Made by a program: the position numbers and the translations under genes. Below, one piece after another: positions 15,001 through 24,800 of a stretch of 64,000 nucleotides of DNA. Every line of letters begins with the position of its first letter. The first letter of the stretch is position 1. This stretch comes from Auanema rhodensis (lineage: Eukaryota > Animalia > Nematoda). The DNA lies in NCBI GenBank assembly GCA_964057225.1, contig OZ059900.1, positions 16,926,001-16,990,000 of the forward strand, given 5' to 3'. A model generated the notes under the pieces. The model was not told the DNA's origin and made no database searches. It worked only from the letters and a program-made list of their open reading frames with translations.

Positions 15001-15862
15001 ATTTGCGTATCGCGTACTGCCTGTTTCCAGTTATATTATCAGTGCAGGCTCTAAAAATTTTTCATAATCAAGGAATCACGTTCTAAATATTATAACTCGC
15101 GTACAGGAAAGTTAATTAAAAACAGAAACGAAACTATTATTGCTATTATCTATTACACAAACAGTCCGTGTTCATGAAGATTGGTATGATTGAGTAAACT
15201 AAGTCGTATTGTAATAAAGCTGTCATTCAAATGTTTGCGTATTGCGTACTGCCTGTTTCCAATTATATTATCAGTGCAGGCTCTGAAAGTTTTTCATAAT
15301 CAAGGAATCACGTTCTAAATATTATAACTCGCGTACTGGAAAGTTAATTAAAAACAGAAACGAAACTATTATTGCTATTATATATTACACAAGCAGTCCG
15401 TGTTCATGAAGCTTGATATAATTGAGTAAACTAAGTCGTATTGTAATAAAGCTGTCATTCAAATGTTTGCGTATTGCGTACTGCCTGTTTCCAATTATAT
15501 TATCAGTGCAGGCTCTGAAAGTTTTTCATAATCAAGGAATCACGTTCTAAATATTATAACTCGCGTACAGGAAAGTTAATTAAAAACAGAAACGAAACTA
15601 TTATTGCTATTATATATTACACAAGCAGTCCGTGTTCATGAAGCTTGATATAATTGAGTAAACTAAGTCGTATTGTAATAAAGCTGTCATTCAAATGTTT
15701 GCGTATTGCGTACTGCCTGTGTCCAATTATATTATCAGTGCAGGCTCTGAAAGTTTTTCATAATCAAGGAATCACGTTCTAAATATTATAACTCGCGTAC
15801 AGGAAAGTTAATTAAAAACAGAAACGAAACTATTATTGCTATTATATATTACACAAGCAGTC
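1..15862. repeat. Tandem satellite array A, ~232-bp monomer (variants 225/231/233/240 bp), ~68-69 copies, truncated by the window start
   Basis: The TTGAGTAAACTAAGTCGTATTG motif recurs head-to-tail at 174, 405, 645, 870, 1102, 1333, 1564, 1795 ... 7091, 7323, 7555, with 232-bp spacing dominant after ~7 kb. The last matching bases are ...ACACAAGCAGTC ending at 15862. Confidence 0.98.
4334..6627. repeat. Two tandem copies of a 5-monomer higher-order repeat (1147 bp) in array A
   Basis: Monomer lengths 232+225+233+225+232 occur twice (4334-5480, 5481-6627). Private variants GAAGCAGTCGCG, TTTTTTCATA, AAACAAAGTC and ATTACATTAT each recur 1147 bp apart. Confidence 0.92.
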
Positions 15863-15875
15863 TGGAAATTAAGGA
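15855..15875. other. Direct satellite A / satellite B junction with 3 nt (TGG, 15863-15865) assignable to neither consensus
   Basis: The sequence reads ...CAAGCAGTC|TGG|AAATTAAGG... Array A would continue CGTGTTCATG, and array B would be preceded by GGGGTTAGA. Confidence 0.93.
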
Positions 15876-18800
15876 AATTAGCATATTCTGAGGGCACGCC
15901 CCTTATGGCTAATATTGATTAAATCGATTTTTGTTCATATGAGTCGTCAAATGCAACGAATTTCAGCGTGTTACATACTAAAATGAAGCATTTTACATGC
16001 TGAACACTAGAAAAATACAAAAACACAGTATTTCCCATGAGAAATATTTTATTATGCTGGAAAACCAGTTTTTGGAAATTTCGCTGTAAACAAGGTTTTG
16101 ACTTACGATTTCATGTGTTCAAACTCATGCAATGTCAATGAAACCTAGCTCAAAATTGTTCGTACAACGTCTAGTTCCACTTTCACGACAAAAAAACAGG
16201 GGTTAGAAAATTTAGGAAATTAGCATATTCTGAGGGCACGCCCCTTATGGCTAATATTGATTAAATCGATTTTTGTTCATATGAGTCGTCAAATGCAACG
16301 AATTTCAGCGTGTTACATACTAAAATGAAGTATTTTACATGCTGAACACTAGAAAAATACAAAAACACAGTATTTCCCATGAGAAATATTTTATTATGCT
16401 GGAAAACCAGTTTTTGGAATTTTCGCTGTAAACAAGGTTTTGACTTACGATTTCATGTGTTCAAACTCATGCAATGTCAATGAAACCTAGCTCAAAATTG
16501 TTCGTACAACGTCTAGTTCCACTTTCACGACAAAAAAACAGGGGTTAGAAAATTAAGGAAATTAGCATATTCTGAGGGCACGCCCCTTATGGCTAATATT
16601 GATTAAATCGATTTTTGTTCATATGAGTCGTCAAATGCAACGAATTTCAGCGTGTTACATACTAAAATGAAGCATTTTACATGCTGAACACTAGAAAAAT
16701 ACAAAAACACAGTATTTCCCATGAGAAATATTTTATTATGCTGGAAAACCAGTTTTTGGAAATTTCGCTGTAAACAAGGTTTTGACTTACGATTCCATGT
16801 GTTCAAACTCATGCAATGTCAATGAAACCTAGCTCAAAATTGTTTGTACAACGTCTAGTTCCACTTTCACGACAAAAAAACAGGGGTTAGAAAATTAAGG
16901 AAATTAGCATATTCTGAGGGCACGCCCCTTATGGCTAATATTGATTAAATCGATTTTTGTTCATATGAGTCGTCAAATGCAACGAATTTCAGCGTGTTAC
17001 ATACTAAAATGAAGCATTTTACATGCTGAACACTAGAAAAATACAAAAACACAGTATTTCCCATGAGAAATATTTTATTATGCTGGAAAACCAGTTTTTG
17101 GAATTTTCGCTGTAAACAAGGTTTTGACTTACGATTTCATGTGTTCAAACTCATGCAATGTCAATGAAACCTAGCTCAAAATTGTTCGTACAACGTCTAG
17201 TTCCACTTTCACGACAAAAAAACAGGGGTTAGAAAATTAAGGAAATTAGCATATTCTGAGGGCACGCCCCTTATGGCTAATATTGATTAAATCGATTTTT
17301 GTTCATATGAGTCGTCAAATGCAACGAATTTCAGCGTGTTACATACTAAAATGAAGTATTTTACATGCTGAACACTAGAAAAATACAAAAACACAGTATT
17401 TCCCATGAGAAATATTTTATTATGCTGGAAAACCAGTTTTTGGAAATTTCGCTGTAAACAAGGTTTTGACTTACGATTCCATGTGTTCAAACTCATGCAA
17501 TGTCAATGAAACCTAGCTCAAAATTGTTTGTACAACGTCTAGTTCCACTTTCACGACAAAAAAACAGGGGTTAGAAAATTAATGAAATTAGCATATTCTG
17601 AGGGCACGCCCCTTATGGCTAATATTGATTAAATCGATTTTTGTTCATATGAGTCGTCAAATGCAACGAATTTCATCGTGTTACATACTTAAATTAAGCA
17701 TTTTACATGCTGAACACTAGAAAAATACAAAAACACAGTATTTCTCATGAGAAATATTTTATTATGCTGGAAAACCAGTTTTTGGAAATTTCGCTGTAAA
17801 CAAGGTTTTGACTTACGATTTCATGTGTTCAAACTCATGCAATGTCAATGAAACCTAGCTCAAAATTGTTTGTACAACGTCTAGTTCCACTTTCACGACA
17901 AAAAAACAGGGGTTAGAAAATTAAGGAAATTAGCATATTCTGAGGGCACGCCCCTTATGGCTAATATTGATTAAATCGATTTTTGTTCATATGAGTAGTC
18001 AAATGCAACGAATTTCAGCGTGTTACATACTAAAATGAAGCATTTTACATGCTGAACACTAGAAAAATACAAAAACACAGTATTTCCCATGAGAAATATT
18101 TTATTATGCTGGAAAACCAGTTTTTGGAATTTTCGCTGTAAACAAGGTTTTGACTTACGATTTCATGTGTTCAAACTCATGCAATGTCAATGAAACCTAG
18201 CTCAAAATTGTTCGTACAACGTCTAGTTCCACTTTCACGACAAAAAAACAGGGGTTAGAAAATTAAGGAAATTAGCATATTCTGAGGGCACGCCCCTTAT
18301 GGCTAATATTGATTAAATCGATTTTTGTTCATATGAGTCGTCAAATGCAACGAATTTCAGCGTGTTACATACTAAAATGAAGCATTTTACATGCTGAACA
18401 CTAGAAAAATACAAAAACACAGTATTTCCCATGAGAAATATTTTATTATGCTGGAAAACCAGTTTTTGGAAATTTCGCTGTAAACAAGGTTTTGACTTAC
18501 GATTTCATGTGTTCAAACTCATGCAATGTCAATGAAACCTAGCTCAAAATTGTTCGTACAACGTCTAGTTCCACTTTCACGACAAAAAAACAGGGGTTAG
18601 AAAATTTAGGAAATTAGCATATTCTGAGGGCACGCCCCTTATGGCTAATATTGATTAAATCGATTTTTGTTCATATGAGTCGTCAAATGCAACGAATTTC
18701 AGCGTGTTACATACTAAAATGAAGTATTTTACATGCTGAACACTAGAAAAATACAAAAACACAGTATTTCCCATGAGAAATATTTTATTATGCTGGAAAA

Positions 18801-21800
18801 CCAGTTTTTGGAATTTTCGCTGTAAACAAGGTTTTGACTTACGATTTCATGTGTTCAAACTCATGCAATGTCAATGAAACCTAGCTCAAAATTGTTCGTA
18901 CAACGTCTAGTTCCACTTTCACGACAAAAAAACAGGGGTTAGAAAATTAAGGAAATTAGCATATTCTGAGGGCACGCCCCTTATGGCTAATATTGATTAA
19001 ATCGATTTTTGTTCATATGAGTCGTCAAATGCAACGAATTTCAGCGTGTTACATACTAAAATGAAGCATTTTACATGCTGAACACTAGAAAAATACAAAA
19101 ACACAGTATTTCCCATGAGAAATATTTTATTATGCTGGAAAACCAGTTTTTGGAAATTTCGCTGTAAACAAGGTTTTGACTTACGATTCCATGTGTTCAA
19201 ACTCATGCAATGTCAATGAAACCTAGCTCAAAATTGTTTGTACAACGTCTAGTTCCACTTTCACGACAAAAAAACAGGGGTTAGAAAATTAAGGAAATTA
19301 GCATATTCTGAGGGCACGCCCCTTATGGCTAATATTGATTAAATCGATTTTTGTTCATATGAGTCGTCAAATGCAACGAATTTCAGCGTGTTACATACTA
19401 AAATGAAGCATTTTACATGCTGAACACTAGAAAAATACAAAAACACAGTATTTCCCATGAGAAATATTTTATTATGCTGGAAAACCAGTTTTTGGAATTT
19501 TCGCTGTAAACAAGGTTTTGACTTACGATTTCATGTGTTCAAACTCATGCAATGTCAATGAAACCTAGCTCAAAATTGTTCGTACAACGTCTAGTTCCAC
19601 TTTCACGACAAAAAAACAGGGGTTAGAAAATTAAGGAAATTAGCATATTCTGAGGGCACGCCCCTTATGGCTAATATTGATTAAATCGATTTTTGTTCAT
19701 ATGAGTCGTCAAATGCAACGAATTTCAGCGTGTTACATACTAAAATGAAGTATTTTACATGCTGAACACTAGAAAAATACAAAAACACAGTATTTCCCAT
19801 GAGAAATATTTTATTATGCTGGAAAACCAGTTTTTGGAAATTTCGCTGTAAACAAGGTTTTGACTTACGATTCCATGTGTTCAAACTCATGCAATGTCAA
19901 TGAAACCTAGCTCAAAATTGTTTGTACAACGTCTAGTTCCACTTTCACGACAAAAAAACAGGGGTTAGAAAATTAATGAAATTAGCATATTCTGAGGGCA
20001 CGCCCCTTATGGCTAATATTGATTAAATCGATTTTTGTTCATATGAGTCGTCAAATGCAACGAATTTCATCGTGTTACATACTTAAATTAAGCATTTTAC
20101 ATGCTGAACACTAGAAAAATACAAAAACACAGTATTTCTCATGAGAAATATTTTATTATGCTGGAAAACCAGTTTTTGGAAATTTCGCTGTAAACAAGGT
20201 TTTGACTTACGATTTCATGTGTTCAAACTCATGCAATGTCAATGAAACCTAGCTCAAAATTGTTTGTACAACGTCTAGTTCCACTTTCACGACAAAAAAA
20301 CAGGGGTTAGAAAATTAAGGAAATTAGCATATTCTGAGGGCACGCCCCTTATGGCTAATATTGATTAAATCGATTTTTGTTCATATGAGTAGTCAAATGC
20401 AACGAATTTCAGCGTGTTACATACTAAAATGAAGCATTTTACATGCTGAACACTAGAAAAATACAAAAACACAGTATTTCCCATGAGAAATATTTTATTA
20501 TGCTGGAAAACCAGTTTTTGGAATTTTCGCTGTAAACAAGGTTTTGACTTACGATTTCATGTGTTCAAACTCATGCAATGTCAATGAAACCTAGCTCAAA
20601 ATTGTTCGTACAACGTCTAGATCCACTTTCACGACAAAAAAACAGGGGTTAGAAAATTAAGGAAATTAGCATATTCTGAGGGCACGCCCCTTATGGCTAA
20701 TATTGATTAAATCGATTTTTGTTCATATGAGTCGTCAAATGCAACGAATTTCAGCGTGTTACATACTAAAATGAAGTATTTTACATGCTGAACACTAGAA
20801 AAATACAAAAACACAGTATTTCCCATGAGAAATATTTTATTATGCTGGAAAACCAGTTTTTGGAATTTTCGCTGTAAACAAGGTTTTGACTTACGATTTC
20901 ATGTGTTCAAACTCATGCAATGTCAATGAAACCTAGCTCAAAATTGTTCGTACAACGTCTAGTTCCACTTTCACGACAAAAAAACAGGGGTTAGAAAATT
21001 AAGGAAATTAGCATATTCTGAGGGCACGCCCCTTATGGCTAATATTGATTAAATCGATTTTTGTTCATATGAGTCGTCAAATGCAACGAATTTCAGCGTG
21101 TTACATACTAAAATGAAGCATTTTACATGCTGAACACTAGAAAAATACAAAAACACAGTATTTCCCATGAGAAATATTTTATTATGCTGGAAAACCAGTT
21201 TTTGGAAATTTCGCTGTAAACAAGGTTTTGACTTACGATTCCATGTGTTCAAACTCATGCAATGTCAATGAAACCTAGCTCAAAATTGTTTGTACAACGT
21301 CTAGTTCCACTTTCACGACAAAAAAACAGGGGTTAGAAAATTAAGGAAATTAGCATATTCTGAGGGCACGCCCCTTATGGCTAATATTGATTAAATCGAT
21401 TTTTGTTCATATGAGTCGTCAAATGCAACGAATTTCAGCGTGTTACATACTAAAATGAAGCATTTTACATGCTGAACACTAGAAAAATACAAAAACACAG
21501 TATTTCCCATGAGAAATATTTTATTATGCTGGAAAACCAGTTTTTGGAATTTTCGCTGTAAACAAGGTTTTGACTTACGATTTCATGTGTTCAAACTCAT
21601 GCAATGTCAATGAAACCTAGCTCAAAATTGTTCGTACAACGTCTAGTTCCACTTTCACGACAAAAAAACAGGGGTTAGAAAATTAAGGAAATTAGCATAT
21701 TCTGAGGGCACGCCCCTTATGGCTAATATTGATTAAATCGATTTTTGTTCATATGAGTCGTCAAATGCAACGAATTTCAGCGTGTTACATACTAAAATGA

Positions 21801-24800
21801 AGTATTTTACATGCTGAACACTAGAAAAATACAAAAACACAGTATTTCCCATGAGAAATATTTTATTATGCTGGAAAACCAGTTTTTGGAAATTTCGCTG
21901 TAAACAAGGTTTTGACTTACGATTCCATGTGTTCAAACTCATGCAATGTCAATGAAACCTAGCTCAAAATTGTTTGTACAACGTCTAGTTCCACTTTCAC
22001 GACAAAAAAACAGGGGTTAGAAAATTAATGAAATTAGCATATTCTGAGGGCACGCCCCTTATGGCTAATATTGATTAAATCGATTTTTGTTCATATGAGT
22101 CGTCAAATGCAACGAATTTCATCGTGTTACATACTTAAATTAAGCATTTTACATGCTGAACACTAGAAAAATACAAAAACACAGTATTTCTCATGAGAAA
22201 TATTTTATTATGCTGGAAAACCAGTTTTTGGAAATTTCGCTGTAAACAAGGTTTTGACTTACGATTTCATGTGTTCAAACTCATGCAATGTCAATGAAAC
22301 CTAGCTCAAAATTGTTTGTACAACGTCTAGTTCCACTTTCACGACAAAAAAACAGGGGTTAGAAAATTAAGGAAATTAGCATATTCTGAGGGCACGCCCC
22401 TTATGGCTAATATTGATTAAATCGATTTTTGTTCATATGAGTAGTCAAATGCAACGAATTTCAGCGTGTTACATACTAAAATGAAGCATTTTACATGCTG
22501 AACACTAGAAAAATACAAAAACACAGTATTTCCCATGAGAAATATTTTATTATGCTGGAAAACCAGTTTTTGGAATTTTCGCTGTAAACAAGGTTTTGAC
22601 TTACGATTTCATGTGTTCAAACTCATGCAATGTCAATGAAACCTAGCTCAAAATTGTTCGTACAACGTCTAGTTCCACTTTCACGACAAAAAAACAGGGG
22701 TTAGAAAATTAAGGAAATTAGCATATTCTGAGGGCACGCCCCTTATGGCTAATATTGATTAAATCGATTTTTGTTCATATGAGTCGTCAAATGCAACGAA
22801 TTTCAGCGTGTTACATACTAAAATGAAGCATTTTACATGCTGAACACTAGAAAAATACAAAAACACAGTATTTCCCATGAGAAATATTTTATTATGCTGG
22901 AAAACCAGTTTTTGGAAATTTCGCTGTAAACAAGGTTTTGACTTACGATTTCATGTGTTCAAACTCATGCAATGTCAATGAAACCTAGCTCAAAATTGTT
23001 CGTACAACGTCTAGTTCCACTTTCACGACAAAAAAACAGGGGTTAGAAAATTTAGGAAATTAGCATATTCTGAGGGCACGCCCCTTATGGCTAATATTGA
23101 TTAAATCGATTTTTGTTCATATGAGTCGTCAAATGCAACGAATTTCAGCGTGTTACATACTAAAATGAAGTATTTTACATGCTGAACACTAGAAAAATAC
23201 AAAAACACAGTATTTCCCATGAGAAATATTTTATTATGCTGGAAAACCAGTTTTTGGAATTTTCGCTGTAAACAAGGTTTTGACTTACGATTTCATGTGT
23301 TCAAACTCATGCAATGTCAATGAAACCTAGCTCAAAATTGTTCGTACAACGTCTAGTTCCACTTTCACGACAAAAAAACAGGGGTTAGAAAATTAAGGAA
23401 ATTAGCATATTCTGAGGGCACGCCCCTTATGGCTAATATTGATTAAATCGATTTTTGTTCATATGAGTCGTCAAATGCAACGAATTTCAGCGTGTTACAT
23501 ACTAAAATGAAGCATTTTACATGCTGAACACTAGAAAAATACAAAAACACAGTATTTCCCATGAGAAATATTTTATTATGCTGGAAAACCAGTTTTTGGA
23601 AATTTCGCTGTAAACAAGGTTTTGACTTACGATTCCATGTGTTCAAACTCATACAATGTCAATGAAACCTAGCTCAAAATTGTTTGTACAACGTCTAGCT
23701 CCACTTTCACGACAAAAAAACAGGGGTTAGAAAATTAAGGAAATTAGCATATTCTGAGGGCACGCCCCTTATGGCTAATATTGATTAAATCGATTTTTGT
23801 TCATATGAGTCGTCAAATGCAACGAATTTCAGCGTGTTACATACTAAAATGAAGCATTTTACATGCTGAACACTAGAAAAATACAAAAACACAGTATTTC
23901 CCATGAGAAATATTTTATTATGCTGGAAAACCAGTTTTTGGAATTTTCGCTGTAAACAAGGTTTTGACTTACGATTTCATGTGTTCAAACTCATGCAATG
24001 TCAATGAAACCTAGCTCAAAATTGTTCGTACAACGTCTAGTTCCACTTTCACGACAAAAAAACAGGGGTTAGAAAATTAAGGAAATTAGCATATTCTGAG
24101 GGCACGCCCCTTATGGCTAATATTGATTAAATCGATTTTTGTTCATATGAGTCGTCAAATGCAACGAATTTCAGCGTGTTACATACTAAAATGAAGTATT
24201 TTACATGCTGAACACTAGAAAAATACAAAAACACAGTATTTCCCATGAGAAATATTTTATTATGCTGGAAAACCAGTTTTTGGAAATTTCGCTGTAAACA
24301 AGGTTTTGACTTACGATTTCATGTGTTCAAACTCATGCAATGTCAATGAAACCTAGCTCAAAATTGTTCGTACAACGTCTAGTTCCACTTTCACGACAAA
24401 AAAACAGGGGTTAGAAAATTTAGGAAATTAGCATATTCTGAGGGCACGCCCCTTATGGCTAATATTGATTAAATCGATTTTTGTTCATATGAGTCGTCAA
24501 ATGCAACGAATTTCAGCGTGTTACATACTAAAATGAAGTATTTTACATGCTGAACACTAGAAAAATACAAAAACACAGTATTTCCCATGAGAAATATTTT
24601 ATTATGCTGGAAAACCAGTTTTTGGAATTTTCGCTGTAAACAAGGTTTTGACTTACGATTTCATGTGTTCAAACTCATGCAATGTCAATGAAACCTAGCT
24701 CAAAATTGTTCGTACAACGTCTAGTTCCACTTTCACGACAAAAAAACAGGGGTTAGAAAATTAAGGAAATTAGCATATTCTGAGGGCACGCCCCTTATGG

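Noticed and set aside
15620-16207. Homology between satellites A and B (shared short words such as TGTTCAT, AGTCGT, CGTACA, AAAAACAG)
   Set aside because: Only 6-8 nt matches in AT-rich DNA were found, with no convincing colinear alignment by eye. The arrays are treated as unrelated pending a pairwise alignment against shuffled controls.
16198-16216. Telomere-like GGGTTAG / TTAGG within monomer B
   Set aside because: These are single, non-tandem occurrences of 5-7 nt, expected by chance.
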